The notes below the pieces were generated by a model that was not told the DNA's origin, did not search any database, and saw only the letters and a list, made by a program, of their open reading frames with translations. Both the position numbers and the translations under genes were made by a program. Below, in pieces: positions 1 through 13,478 of a DNA stretch of 64,000 nt (its first letter is position 1; every line of letters begins with the position of its first letter). This DNA comes from Lama guanicoe (lineage: Eukaryota), in assembly GCA_013239625.1 (NCBI GenBank), contig MU054323.1, positions 1,550,001-1,614,000 on the forward strand, read 5' to 3'.

Positions 1-91
1 ATACGGTTAACATTAAAAATGTTTTCATTCTTTCTGAGTCTGCCCATGACTAAGCAAAACCAGAAACAGTTTTTAGTTACTGATGCCTTAC

Positions 92-296
92 CTGTGTCTT
101 ACATCATACACCTCATTCCGAAACTCAGAAACTATTATCTGCGGCCGTGAGGTCCCTGGTAGATAAAATTTTTTCATCAGTGCCTGAAGCACTCTTTCAT
201 CAGCGTGATTATGGCAACAGTAGGCTTGCAGAAGTCCTTTCAAGCAGGATTCAATAGCCAAAGCAAGCTCAGGGTCCCGAAGATGAATACAAGCTC
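92..296 (-). CDS. SMC6: SMC6 coding exon 14 (hinge)
   Basis: [67 protein letters not shown]; 205 nt; donor GTAAGG. Confidence 0.97.
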
Positions 297-1365
297 CTAA
301 AAACGAGAGAAAATTATAAAAGACCACAAAAACTTACCTTAAAATAGTAGTTAAACTATTTTTTTAATGACAGTTCATAAGTGACTTCAAAATATTTTCA
401 TCTGAAGCAATTTAAATGATACTACAGACCTTATTTTAACCAAGTGGGAAGTACCCCCATTTCACTGGATACACTGGGAATACCCACCAGATCCTGTGAA
501 AAACCGTCCCACTCCAATGTAAGTCAACAGTGTTTTTCTGATGTATGTATATACTGTTCCAGCTTTTGAACGGTGTTTTGAAAATCAAGCCAAAAGGTTT
601 ATAGATTCTTTATTATTTTCTGTAAAACTGGTTAATACTGGGATTTTAGATTCAGAGAGGGGAAAAAAAATGCCTCATCGATTGAAACAGATCCTGGTAT
701 AGAGGTGCTTTTCTCATTTAAATGAAGAGACATTACTAAAATACTTAATATAGTACGTAATACTGTACTTACACAGTACTTCACCAAAAACATATTTTTA
801 CATTTGCAGCATCATTTTCATCTAATGATGTACAGAATTAAGTGATAACTCCTCAGAACTCGATTTTTTCTTCTCATGCATCTACGAGGATAACTAAATA
901 ACCCCAGATTTATAGTTGGAAGAGGATTTAAAAATAATGTTGTCTAACTAAACAGAAATTAAAAAGATAAGTAATTCCATGAAGGTTACACAAAACTCAG
1001 GTGGTATTGGTCTTCTAACTGTATTTTGATACCACTGCATTTTCCTAGTAATCAACTACATGCAAATTAGTTCACTGATTTATTCATTCAGGAAAAAAAT
1101 CAGAACTACATTATTCAACCCGATAACTGATTTTTCTTTTCCTAAGTTCTCCTTCTGTTGGATATTTTAGGCTTTAAAGACACAAAAGGAAAGTTACAAA
1201 GCTTAAAATGATTTTATCATTACTTCTTAAAATACGTAAAAAGTCTACATGCAACTGCATAGTTCTTTAATAACAGAGTTTTAAAACTAGATTCAACAGA
1301 CCTCTTCCTGAAAATAAAAGTGTATTTCTAATTTTTATTATATCGTGACCAATGGTGACAAATAC

Positions 1366-1544
1366 CTAAAGGGCCTATGGGTTTATAGGTAAAATGTCCC
1401 TGCCCGTAAGCATCATCTATCGCTTCAAGAAGAGCTGGAACGTGGGGGCCAAATCTTTTGAGTCGATCAGTTTTACTATCTTTCAGTTCTTTCAGTTGCT
1501 TCTGATTATAGTTCAGTGTATGCTTCATATCTAATTCTTCTTCC
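1366..1544 (-). CDS. SMC6: SMC6 coding exon 13
   Basis: [59 protein letters not shown]; 179 nt. Confidence 0.97.
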
Positions 1545-1833
1545 CTAAAAAACACAAGTGGAAAAAACAGAACAGATATGTGATGCAGCTGTAGAGAAAT
1601 ATTGTCTTATCCCCTAACACGTGCATACCAATGAATGACACAGCTACCCTAAAAACTAAAAGCAGATTTATTTGAAAACAATTGTATTACCAGAGAAAAT
1701 TGTCAGAAGATCTCAAAGCTTTGCATGAAAAAAAAATACAATAGTGATAAGGACTAGAAATGCCAGAAACTGTCCAACTCCACAAGTTTAAGAAAAGTCT
1801 TACTAGAAAAGTGATTTTAAAAGATCCCTCACC

Positions 1834-1897
1834 AAAAAAAAAAAAAAAAAAAAAAAATTTAAAAAAAACCCAAAAAAAAAAAAAAAAAAAAAAAAAA
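1834..1897. repeat. interrupted poly(A) tracts
   Basis: Two A runs of about 25 nt separated by TTT-A8-CCC. Confidence 0.9.
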
Positions 1898-2009
1898 CCT
1901 CTTATTATGAGGAAGAACAACCAAAAAAATGTGTTCTCTTTTAACATAAAGAGGAAAACTATATGATTTTCAAGTAACTGGAAAAAAATCTAAGAATGTT
2001 GACACTTAC

Positions 2010-2174
2010 TTAATTCTGGTATGTTCTTCTTTGTCCTTTTCTATGGCTTGTTGAAACTGTTCAATCTCTTGATTGACTGAACTTTCTTGATCGTATAAGG
2101 CCTTCACTCTCTCTTTTAACCAACATATTTTTTTTTGCCTTTCCAACCGCTCAGGTTCCAAAGATTGATCGGCA
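2010..2174 (-). CDS. SMC6: SMC6 coding exon 12
   Basis: [54 protein letters not shown]; 165 nt. Confidence 0.96.
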
Positions 2175-2350
2175 CTAATGATAAATAATCCAAAGTGAAA
2201 AACGTTAAATGAAAAAATCTAACATTTTAAAAACATAAAGCAATGTGATAAAATTCCTTTAGCAATACAGAAAACAAAATATTGCATTTCACCTGAATTA
2301 CTTTATTATCAAATGACGTAACCAAGAAAACTGCAAAGTAACTATCGTAC

Positions 2351-2439
2351 CTTTTTCTCAGTTCTTCAATTCTTTTGCAAAGCTGCTCATCATCTTTCTT
2401 TAATGCTTTATACTCATTTAGGGAACGTTTAAATAAAAC
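2351..2439 (-). CDS. SMC6: SMC6 coding exon 11
   Basis: [29 protein letters not shown]; 89 nt. Confidence 0.96.
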
Positions 2440-2716
2440 CTGAAAAAATTAGACACACTTTAGTAAAATGAAAAAACAAATACCCCATTCAAGTCTACTT
2501 CTGTGCCAAGTCTTCAAATCAGAGGCTGAATATGTGCAGACACGTATTTTTAAAACAAAGTATATATATAGGGCCACATGGAATCATTACGTTTTTTTTA
2601 AACTCTGAAAGCAACACAGGTTTCTACTCAATTCTAAAACCTCTACTTTAAAAAAAAATAAATGAACAGTATTTATATTTGATATGCAATTTTTAATAGT
2701 GGAAAATTTCTCTCAC

Positions 2717-2863
2717 CTCAGCTTCATTATAAGCCTTTTTCTTAGAAGTAACATCTGCCTTCAATGCCATACATTCTGGTGCTCGTGCATGTGTCTCTTG
2801 ACTAATCTTTTCTAGTTTATCTTGAATATCCTTGTATTTTTTTTCTGCTTCATTAAGTCTGAC
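2717..2863 (-). CDS. SMC6: SMC6 coding exon 10
   Basis: [49 protein letters not shown]; 147 nt. Confidence 0.97.
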
Positions 2864-3009
2864 CTTTAAAAAAAACATTGTTGGAGTACATTTTCTCTAA
2901 AAATAACTATATATAGTTCACATCTCATAATAAACTTAATTTTACTCCAACTAAACTGAAGACATTAATTAGGTAAACAAACATAATTATATAAGATACT
3001 AAAATATAA

Positions 3010-3910
3010 TTTAGTTATGCAACAAATGTGCTATCTTCTGGGGATACAAAGACATAATAACAACTGTCTTCAAGTAACACAATTAAAAGGAGATAGACAC
3101 AATTTTGTGGAGAAACAAACATGCAAATTGATCATACAGTCTGGATGCAGTAATGCTTAATTAGGGTATGTATATTTATAATTGTGAAAACACAGAGGAA
3201 GAACCTACAGATCTGTCAGAAAAAGTTAGGGATGCCTTCAAAGCAGCATTTGAGCTGCGACTTGAGAGAGTAATCAAAATGTACCAGGAAAAAAGTTGGG
3301 GAAATGTTTACAGCCAGATGGAAAAGCATGTAGACAGGCATTAAACCTATTTTAGGAAGTAAAAATGTATATGGAGCTTAAACTGAGAGGTAGTGGTGGC
3401 AGATGAGGTGGAGCGGTGGAAGGGCCTTGAACTCCGTAATGATCAGCTTACACTAGACAACAGGGAAACAAGATATGACCAAGTCCATACATAAATGTGC
3501 ACATTCAGTCACTTGGAGCACACAGGAGGCGAGGTGAAGGGAAAAAATTAAAGGGAAGGATTTCAGTAAGCAGTTAATGTAATATTCTAGGGCAAAAATA
3601 ATTAGGGACCAAAATGTGACACTGATAATAGGAACAGATTAGAAGTGACAAATACAAGAACAGCTTAGATCAGGGATCAGCAAATCTTTTCTGGAAAGAG
3701 CCTGGTAGTGTACACTTCAGGTTTTGTGGGCTGTAAAGTCCCTGTCACAGTTACGCAACTAGAAATGCCAAGTCTGAACGTGTGGAACACGTAGGCAAGG
3801 ATGTGAAGACAGATACTGAATCAAGCGCTCAGGAAAAAAGTTTGAATAGGAGATACAGATCAGAGAATTGTCAGTATGTAGGATACTTAGGAAGCATTTC
3901 ATAGGATGGT
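3010..3910. mobile_element. degraded L2-like LINE fragments with a MER58-like hAT MITE piece (~3670-3760)
   Basis: L2-type phrasing (GGGGATACAAAGAC...GCATTTGAGCTG); CAGGGATCAGCAAATCTTTTCTGGAAAGAGCC resembles the MER58 end. Confidence 0.5.
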
Positions 3911-5657
3911 ACTGTAGTTTTGTTATTGAAACATCAATGGTGTCATCTGTATGTTTTTTTTTAATAAAAATTGAAGTTGGTACAGGTGTTACACAAACTA
4001 AACATAAGTTATCTATTTTCAGTTTTAAATTAGGCTAATATAAGCTTAAAGTCTGCTTTAGACACTATTTCTTCAGAAACTATCCATTCAATAATTATTC
4101 TATAATCAATAAACAAGTATATACTATGCGAAAGGTTTTATGTAAGACATGGTGGGAAGGATCGAGATAATAAGATAGTCCTTACCCTCCAGAAACTGAC
4201 CATTTACTACACAGCGTGCCCATACACTTAAGTAGAGCACAGAACTAAGCATCACCCAGCCTCAAGAGTCTCCTTTTTCCGTTTGGAAAAAAAAATGAGC
4301 ATTTATTAATCAGACTGGATCCCACTTTTAGACTGAGGAATAATTAAGAAGGAAAGTAACTTAAGATCTTGCCTTATGACAAGCTAAGAAACGAAGCTGA
4401 GAGGAATTTAGCAAAATTCAGAATATTCTCAAAAAAATGAAAATCTGAGGTGAGAGGTTGGTGGGGTTGAATTTCCATTTACTATCAGAAAAAGGAGTAA
4501 GAAACTAAAGAGATCACTAAATCTTCACCATTTTTGTTACTTTTATATATTTATCAATTATCTTTCATGGATTAATGATACAACCCTCAAAGGAAAAAGA
4601 CTTATATGCTTATCTCAGGGGTAGACAAGAAAAAGCAAGGTAGGGAAGATTGCACCCTGCACTACAACCAAGCCTGGGAGCCAGAAACTCCCAAGCTAAG
4701 TAGAAGAAAATATTAAGATGTAAGTCAGCCACACTGAGTACATGGCGGCTCCCTAAAGAAAGAAAAGGCTACACGTTTTACTTCCGGCACAACAGCAGAG
4801 GAATCCTTGTGAATATATTAGAAAAAAAAAAAACCACACTGAATTGTACATTTTAAATGGTGAATTGTATGGTATTTGAACTATATATCAATAAAGCTGT
4901 TAAAAAGAGAATGAAAAGGAGAACATAAAGAGTGGCTCTATGGTAAAAGGTCCACGTGGAAACGCCAGACAGAAAATTACTGCCTTTATTTACCACTCAA
5001 CCAACTTCTACCTCTAGGCCCAAGTAGGAGACTCTTAGGGGTTCCCTGAATTTTAGATAAATAGCAGTTTTTACCCGAGCTCTTAGATCTCAGGTTGAAA
5101 TGAACCTTAATAGACCCAACAACTTGTCCCGTATGTGCTCCACCAACACGAAATCCTCTGATGGGCAATCTTGATTCTGGACCCTAACACTCAGTTCCCT
5201 GAAAGCTCCACTATCAATCTTTGGGTGCTGTGTTCAGTTCTGAATTTGAATACTTCATGATACTCAGGTTTAACGTTATTCTAATTGACTATCATCCTAG
5301 TACCCCTTCATTCTTCAGGCTGTTTTATGTTTCTACTCCTTAATGAACCCACGAGTAAAAGCCTCATACTTTAGTATCTCTAGTCTGTAACAAAGTACCA
5401 TTGTTCACATGCATGGATTTCAGTTCTACATCCCTAGTCTCAGACAGGCTGAGCACACCCAAACACAGTACTCTTTCTTAAAGAGAGTTGCCATAACGGT
5501 CTTTGCACAAGAGTTTAAGTCAGCTTCACTTAAGTAATAAATTCAGCTACAGATAAAAATACAGGTTGAAACCACTTCTTTTGTACATTATAAATAGTCT
5601 AATATCAGCATTCTCTAAGATTCTAGTTACTAAATCTGTATAAAAGAGTATAATTAC

Positions 5658-5756
5658 CTGCTGTTCTTCTGTTTTCCTCTCAAGTCTAGCAGCACGATCT
5701 TCTCCAATTTTGATATTATCTCTGATAGCATTCAATTGCTTTTCAATTTCATTGAC
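5658..5756 (-). CDS. SMC6: SMC6 coding exon 9
   Basis: [33 protein letters not shown]; 99 nt. Confidence 0.97.
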
Positions 5757-5859
5757 CTAAAAAAGAAATTATACAGCAAATCATATAAAAGACTAACTAT
5801 AATCAAATATATTCTGTATATTACAAGCATATGTGAATAAGTAATTAAGTGAACATTAC

Positions 5860-5979
5860 CACTGCCCAAGCCATTTCATGTTTCAAGTATTCTAGATTGG
5901 TTTTCATCGTACTCAATCCAGCAATACTTTGAAAGCGTTCTTCTTTCTCCAAACACTGACGCTTCAGTTCAGTAAGTCG
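5860..5979 (-). CDS. SMC6: SMC6 coding exon 8
   Basis: [40 protein letters not shown]; 120 nt. Confidence 0.97.
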
Positions 5980-6559
5980 CTTAAAATAAGAAAAAAGAAT
6001 ATATTTCTTACCAACACTTAAAACACAAGACTTTCTGTAAATGTATTTCTTTTGAATATGCTGTCTAAACAAGTAGTGAAGAAGATTTGCTAGGAAATGA
6101 CTTCTTTAATTAAAGCAATAAGAAAAATAGTTTTGGTTCTTTGGTATGCTTTTACCAAGTACAATAATCTTGTTAATTGTGTCACTCTTCAGATGAAGGA
6201 GAGAAAAGGAATAAAAGGTTAAAGACCACACATGTGCAGAGAAAACTCAGTTTCCCATCTTCTCTCAATTCCCTATCTGATATACTGGACCACTCTGGGC
6301 AAAGGAAACCCAGAACCATTCCAAAGATCATGGAAGGCTCAGAAGGAATTTATTTCCAAAAATCAAATGTTAAATTTTTTCTTACCTAAGTTTTCTCTTA
6401 ATAAATTATCAATAAAATCATTAAGCAAAAATTAACTCTAGTGACACATAAACAGCTTCTAAAGCTGCCCACCTGGGTAGACAGCCTCTCTTCTTTGTTC
6501 ATGGTTACCACGTTCAACTAGGGCCTTACACTGTGGCCCTTAATGTGTTACCCGATACA

Positions 6560-7840
6560 AGTCACTTTCCCATTCTTCAGGGTTATTTCAGTCTATCATC
6601 ACTCTCTTCAAATCACATATACCCCGCCATCCTAACCGCTCACTCATCCTCCCTGCCCCCTACTTCACAGAATCTAGAAGCTATCCAGAAGAAACCCTCT
6701 CCAACTTTCAATAAGCTTGTATATAAGCTTAAAGCAGTCTTCTCTTCCTCCTGCTATAAAAGAGGTTGGCTTCATTATACTGAAGTCCAGTCCGTATCTC
6801 CTACCTATATTTGGATCCTACCCTCCCCCTTCTGCCTTCTCAGGAAGTCTAAATTATTTGATTTTTCATCCTATTCATCCTCTTTCCTTTTTTTTTTTCT
6901 ACTTCACCCTCTTCATTGACTCCTTTCCATTATCCCATTTAAATCTTTACCAACTTATCTTTCCTACTTATAAACAAAATCACCACCATCCATCCCTGGG
7001 CACCACCTCCCCCTCGGAAAGTCGTCTTCCCCTTTCCATCCAAGTTTCACGGAAATTATCTCTAGCTCTTCCATTTCTTCACATTTTCAGCTCCACAAAT
7101 CTGGCTTCCATTTTCATCATCACCTTCCATGTCCCACATAACATCAGCCCAAATCATTTCAAAGTTCTTCTCTCCATCAACACTGCCACTGCCCTAACTC
7201 ACAATGGCATCATCATCTCTCTGGGCAATGATACTACCCTCCTTACCGATCTCTCTACATTTGTTCCTTCCTTTCAGAAATTCACTCTCTTCTTCAGCAG
7301 AGTGATCTACTGAAAACATACATTCCATCAATTCATCTACTTCCATGTGTTTTACTGCCCTTAGCTTTTAGAAGGTCCTCCTCAATCTGGCCTCTTAACT
7401 CTCATTCTTGTGTTCTCCACTCTAGCCAGTGTGGAATTCTTTCAGCTTTTTAAAAACACCATGTGCTCTCTTGCCCAAGACCCCAAACCATGCTTATTTC
7501 TTGGAACACAGTTCCTCACTCTCACCATCCTTTGCCTGGTATTATGCATCCTTCCATTCTTACCTTCAACATCGCTTACTTAACAACGATACCCCTCCCA
7601 CTGCCCCTGCCTTGTCCCTAACCCCCTTTGCTAGCACCTTATTAAGTGCTTCTGCATAAACTAATCTTTAATTACTAGTGCTCACCACACTCAATTATGT
7701 ACCATCGGTTTCCTACTGAATAGTCAGGTGAATGACCCCAAGAATCCTGATATGTATTTACCATTAAATGGTCATGGCCAAAGCACAATGCTAACAGGCA
7801 CGTGGCAGAACTCACTATTTGATGGCTGAACGACTTCCAG
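6560..7840 (+). mobile_element. degraded L2 LINE
   Basis: Pyrimidine-rich L2-like text (CATCATCTCTCTGGGC, ACAGTTCCTCAC) ending near GGCTGAACGA. Confidence 0.55.
7665..7768. repeat. left arm of ~105-bp inverted repeat
   Basis: Reverse complement matches 9000-9106 apart from 2 substitutions, one 2-nt indel and one 5-nt insertion. Confidence 0.95.
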
Positions 7841-8999
7841 CTTCTAATCTTCACATTCTATTTCCTAAAGACTAAACTATTCAAACCCAGAGTTTATTTT
7901 GAGAATATGGTACATTTAATTAACTAGAAAAAAGTTCTTATTAAGTGCATATTACACCATAAGAAGCTCTGTTACATGATACAGAGAAACACTTCTTAAA
8001 CTTCATAACCAAAGTATCTTCAATCGTTGATGACAAAGTACACTATAAAACGGGTGTTTAAACATCAAGCTGAGTAAATCAGAGTCCTGATTTACTGTTT
8101 TTAAAATAATAAATGTAACATACACTATGTACATTTGTTTGTTGCAAATATTTCCTTTCCTCAGTAATAACACTGACAGTCCAATAAAGTGCTACATTAA
8201 TTCTACAGTTTATAGTACTTTCTTGTATACTATCAAATACTCCAGGTTTGAAGAAGTAATATGGGGAATAAAAATAAACAACCTCATCTTTGCTTTTTCA
8301 GTTTTCACTTAATGACCCATACAACTATAAACCCAAATTTAAGTATGTATCCCTCAAAGAATTAAAAAGGTCAGTGTAACATCTAAAAAATCTGACTTGA
8401 GTCAATCATTAATACAATTCTATCTTAGCAAAAAAAAAACATGCTAAGAAGTTGCTGAAAGCAACTGATAGGATAAAACTTGACTAAATGACAAAAGAAC
8501 AACATACAGAATCACATAAAAATTGGGGGGACTTAATATTCTGGAGGAACAGCTGAAACATAAGCCTTATAACTCTTAGGTCTTCGAGTATCAGAGAGAA
8601 GGTGGGTTCTTCAGGACTCTGAAGAGGAAAGCGTAAGAACAAAATAGAGCAGATGTGAAAACAAATGTTAGGAAGCCACACTGGCCTGGGTGATTTCAAA
8701 TTTGCACCACTGCCAAGTTGGTGAGTACCAATGCAACAGCTGCTACCAAGCTATCAGTGCTTAAAATGTTAACGCTTTACCAGTGTAATAAAAAAGTTAT
8801 CTACCACATGTAATTATAGACGCATCCTATGTTCAGTATCAGCGTGAGGCTTGCGCTTATTTTCCCATCAAAAGAAATATTACATTTTTGAACTACTTCT
8901 AAGGGAGAATTAGTAATATCTTACTGTGGTGTCGATCAGCCATACATCAAGAGATAAGCATGTTAGATACTGCCCTGTCTTCTAGTTTATAGTAAATAG

Positions 9000-9106
9000 T
9001 TTAATGGTAAATACATATTAGGATTCTTGGGGTCATTCACCTGACTATTCGGTAGGAAACCGATGGTACATAATTGTGTGGTGAGCACTAGTAAAGTAAT
9101 TAAAGA
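9000..9106. repeat. right arm of ~105-bp inverted repeat
   Basis: TTTAATGGTAAATACATAT...GAGCACTAGTAA is the reverse complement of 7672-7768. Confidence 0.95.
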
Positions 9107-9335
9107 ACTAATCAGAACTATAATGACATGGACACACCCATTACTATAAAAGAAAAAGTAGACTCACAGATAGCCTAAATGTAAAAACCACACTGCCTAT
9201 ACTTCATGGAGTGTTATGAAAATGCTACTAGTTTTATAGAGATACACAGGTACATAATTTTACAATACCATCTATCTGATGTTAGTACTGTAAGAATTTG
9301 ATCTCAAAAAATAATTGCATTATGTGTTTACACAC

Positions 9336-9437
9336 CTCTTCTCCTTGATTTATCTGCTCCTTTGTTCTTTCTTTGGTTTCCATAATGTATGAATAATCTT
9401 CTTTCATTTGTTCAAGTTGGGTTGCTTTCATAAAGAA
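9336..9437 (-). CDS. SMC6: SMC6 coding exon 7
   Basis: [34 protein letters not shown]; 102 nt. Confidence 0.97.
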
Positions 9438-10178
9438 CTACATCAACAAGAAAAGCACAGTTAGGACTCTGTGAACGTCCACGGGACTCTGAAAAAAAGG
9501 ATTTGTTCTCTAAAAACTTTCAGACCAATTATGTACAAAGGCATTAAAAACACGCTTAAGTAAACACAAACACAAAAGAACGTGTCTTCTTTCAAACCCA
9601 AAATTTACTTAACACACTATGCTCATATATACATTGCAAAAGTTCTTATAACTCTGTGAAAGAAAATACTTTTGGTGTAATGGAATACCATTCTGAAAGC
9701 TCATTTTCACTGTCAGTCCATTCTTTAAGCAAATATGAAAACAGAGAAAACATCTGTGTCCTTGGTATTAACCTACCGTAAATTTTTAGCACAGGAAATA
9801 CCAAAACCCATTCGAAAGTTACACTGTAAGCTGCAGTGGTATCAAATATTTTGTTGGCTTTTTAAAAAGTTTTAAACAATTTAACATTTAAAAATTACTA
9901 CGTAAGTATGGCCAATCATTCCCTTGTATTTCCCTCAGAATAATTCATTCTCTCTCAGAATTAAAAGGCAGAAAGTTAAAGCAGGGATTTACCAAGAAAA
10001 TTATGCTTCCGTCTTACTTGAACCATTTCCTAAATTAGTCCTACGATATTACTTTAAATAGTAGCTTAAAAAAATACGCAATATTTATTTTGTGATCAAG
10101 AGTAATGTTTGGTATGTATGTTTAATCTATACATGTATTCTTTTTGGTTAAGTTTACATTTAATTTAGTGCTTCTTAC

Positions 10179-10259
10179 TTTGTATTTGTCTCCTTCGTTT
10201 TTAGACTGTAAGAACTGCTTGCTCATCTCTTGTGTTAAAACAGAAACTGGATTATCTAC
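10179..10259 (-). CDS. SMC6: SMC6 coding exon 6
   Basis: [27 protein letters not shown] (Q-loop region); 81 nt. Confidence 0.97.
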
Positions 10260-11697
10260 CTGAAACAAACAAACAAACAAATATTATCTTTAAATATTTC
10301 ATTTTGATGCCTGAAAGAAAAATGAACTGAAATATACATTGCAAGTGACCTATGGTGCCATAAGGAAGGCTAAGTACTAGCCAAGGGTTAGTGCATGAGA
10401 ATAAATATACAAAGAGGAAAATCTAAGAAAATTTTAATACGGAGAAAACATTTCAAAATTCCATGATACTAAAATAAACACTATAGTCAAAATTAAGTAC
10501 TCTGTCATTACACGAGGGCACAAAGACAAGAACTCTCTGAAGAAGTGTTTTTATTAGAAAGTTTTCATTTCTTTCACCTGTTGTACAGAATATCACTCCT
10601 CTGCTACTGGGTAACCATCAGACAACAGAGCTGGCAAAGCTCTAGCATGAGAGTCCGCTGACCTGGGCTCTTATCTGTCTCTGTCTGAATCGCCTACGTG
10701 GCCTCAGGCAAGTTAGTTACTTCCTCCAACTAAATACAAAAAATCCAACTCAGTTACTTCTAATCAGAACTACAATGGCAAGTATTGTTTATTTTTCATA
10801 TGGCAGTTCTTCAGATTTCCTATTTCCTATTATTTCTTCATGAGGATATTATAAAACAAATGGAAACACTGGAGTCATTTCTATCTTTTGGAGGAGGAGT
10901 CATTCTAAACAAGCCATTGCTTAAATTAAACTACCTTTGGCTAACAAATTACAGTTAAAGTAACTGCATTGTAAAATAGTCCAAAGTACAGCTGAAAAGG
11001 TTTTTTTTTTTTTCAACTTGTTTCAAAAAGATTCAGGATCACTTGTTTATATCTTTAGTGTTAATAACAGGGTCATTTACATGTTAGAAAATAATCTTGT
11101 TTGTAAGGTATAGAATATGTAGAACCAGTGTAAATGGAAATAAAATGTTTAACTCCTTCATTTCACCATCTGTAAAACACTGATCATACTTTATTCAGTA
11201 TACTACTGGTTTAAACCTTTCTTTTAAGTAAGATTTTGGGTCTTCTCTTCTAAGGTAATAAAAAACATGCAGTTACAAAGAACTTGCTACATATCATATT
11301 TTTCTTATTATATAGGTAGACCAGACTCTGACTGCCACATAATTTTTTTATAAGGACTGTGTTCTATCTTCATTTCACACTGCATCTGACTTCTTAAAAG
11401 TAAGACCCAATGCCCTAGCTTTAATGACAGACAGTTTATTACCAACTTTGGATTAATAGCTTCACCCAAGTTCAGATTACTTTTTCTACATCCTCTTGAA
11501 ATGGAGATTCTAATTCCAATACTACTCTTGAGATTATTTAAAAACCTGGCAGCTTTACCTGTTGAGACCCAGGAGCAAGCAAAAGGCAAGCACAAACAGG
11601 TAAACTTCAGAGAAAAGGTAAGGAGAGGCATGGGGAACAACTACCATCAGGTCCTTAAAGACATTAAATTCTCTCCTTCCAGCTGGTTACTCTGAAC

Positions 11698-12000
11698 CAG
11701 CACTGTCCAACAAAAATATAATGCAAACCACACGTATAATTAAATTTTCTAGTAGCTACATTAAAAATGTAGAAATAGGTAAAATTAATTTTAATAACAT
11801 ATTTTAACCTAATATATCTAAAATATTATCAGTTTAACATATGTAATCAATGTGAAAATTGAGTTATTTCTTTGCATTAAGCCTCAATACCCAGTGCGTA
11901 TTTCACACTAGAGCTCATCTCCATTTGGACTACCCACATTTTGAGTGCTCAATATCTACCCCCATGTGGTTAGTGGTTACTGTACTAGTAAATGTAGCTC
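11698..12000. mobile_element. MER33-like hAT-Charlie MITE
   Basis: CAGCACTGTCCAACAAAAATATAATGCAAACCAC...TGTGGTTAGTGGTTACTGTACT. Confidence 0.7.
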
Positions 12001-12451
12001 TAGACCTCTGTATTTTGATCAATGAACTTGAACCTTTAGTTTACTGAATCATACAAGAGGACTAAAGGAGTTATGATAACAATCTTCAAATATCCCCCCC
12101 CAAAAATAAACATGTTGAAGGAAACTTTATTCAACTTTTCCCATTAATAAAATCTTTTTAGTAAATACAGTTATCTACAGAAGGAATCAGAAGCCTAGGT
12201 ACAGGTCACTCTCTCACCACTATCCATTCAAGTACCTGCTGAAGGAATACCTGGTGGAGATTCTACACAGGGTAAGTGTCGGGTGTGAGAACTACACTGG
12301 ATGTCCTTCAAGATTCTCCCAACAACTATGATTCATAAACCCTACCTTTTGGTTTTCCTGATTTTGCTTAACAAATTGTCCTGCATTCTAGTCTCAAATT
12401 TATTTGCTGGATCTGCTTCTCTCCAGATTTTACTAATTATTTTTCTAAATC

Positions 12452-12635
12452 TCTGTTGCCCAATATGCTAACTACTAGCTACATGCAGTATTTTACACTT
12501 AAATTAAATAAAATACAATAAAACATTTGATTTCTCAGTCACACATTTCAGGTACTCAAGAGCCGTATGTAGCTAGATACCATAATACAGCATATTTCTA
12601 CCATTACAGAAAGTTTTTCTGGACAACTTGTTCTA
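12452..12635. mobile_element. MER3-like hAT MITE
   Basis: CTGTTGCCCAATATGCTAACTACTAGCTACATG...GAAAGTTTTTCTGGACA. Confidence 0.6.
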
Positions 12636-12719
12636 AACCAAACTGGGAAAGAGACCCAGACTCATAATTGTTCTTTTTCCTTGGTGACTGCTCTTGGTGT
12701 TCTTAATCCTGGAATAAGG

Positions 12720-12910
12720 CAGAGTGATACAATGGGCAGAGCATCGGAACAGAACAGGGATGCCTGCATCCCAGTACAAGCTCTACCAGTAACCACGCCT
12801 GGACAACTCTAAGTGCAAATGTACTTTTTCTGGCTCCCAGTTTCTCACTTACAAAATAAAGGGTCTGGATTAGATGACCTCCAAAAACAATTCCAGTGCT
12901 AATGTTACAG
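12720..12910 (+). mobile_element. MIR-like SINE
   Basis: Core-like CTCCCAGTTTCTCACTTACAAAATAAAGGG followed by GGATTAGATGACCTCC. Confidence 0.55.
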
Positions 12911-13416
12911 GACTATATGTGCCCCATGTCCAATTATTCAGTCAAAGTATCTTAGCAGAACAGACTCTATCCTTGTCTCCTATAGGTATGATGAATAACT
13001 CCAAGATACATAAAGAAATGCTTTCTTTATCTTTCTAGAATGAATTTCTACAAAAATTTAGCAACTGAGTTTAGGAAACGTAGATGCTATTCTGACTGGG
13101 ATAGCAGAAAGCAAAGAAACTTTATAACATACATTTTATTAATATAAACTTTAGCACAAACTAACATTTGTACACATTTAGTATAGACCAGACATTCTTG
13201 AGTGTTCTGTCAAATTAAAGATGTTATGTTATGTATTAAAGGCTCCTGCTGGATTAGGAAATTTTAAGGAACTTTACTAACAATATAGTATATATATCAA
13301 CCATGTGGTCAATTTACTCATATGAGGCCATTTAAATTCTTTCTACACCACAAATGAAATCACACAAAAAAGTAGCCAGTTGTATTTATTCATCTGAAAC
13401 ATAATTTAGCAATTAC

Positions 13417-13478
13417 CTGTATGTTAAAATGATCAAGAATTCCAATCAATTCTTCTTTCCTAGTAGAAACCACGGCGC
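13417..13478 (-). CDS. SMC6: SMC6 coding exon 5
   Basis: AVVSTRKEELIGILDHFNIQ; 62 nt; AG / GTAATT. Confidence 0.96.

Noticed and set aside
1687..1966. Poly-Phe and poly-Lys ORFs on both strands
   Set aside because: Produced by intronic poly(A) runs; the doubled run may itself be a low-quality consensus
6533..7659. 128-, 198- and 76-aa plus-strand ORFs
   Set aside because: Low-complexity Ser/Leu/Pro readings of a pyrimidine-rich L2 relic
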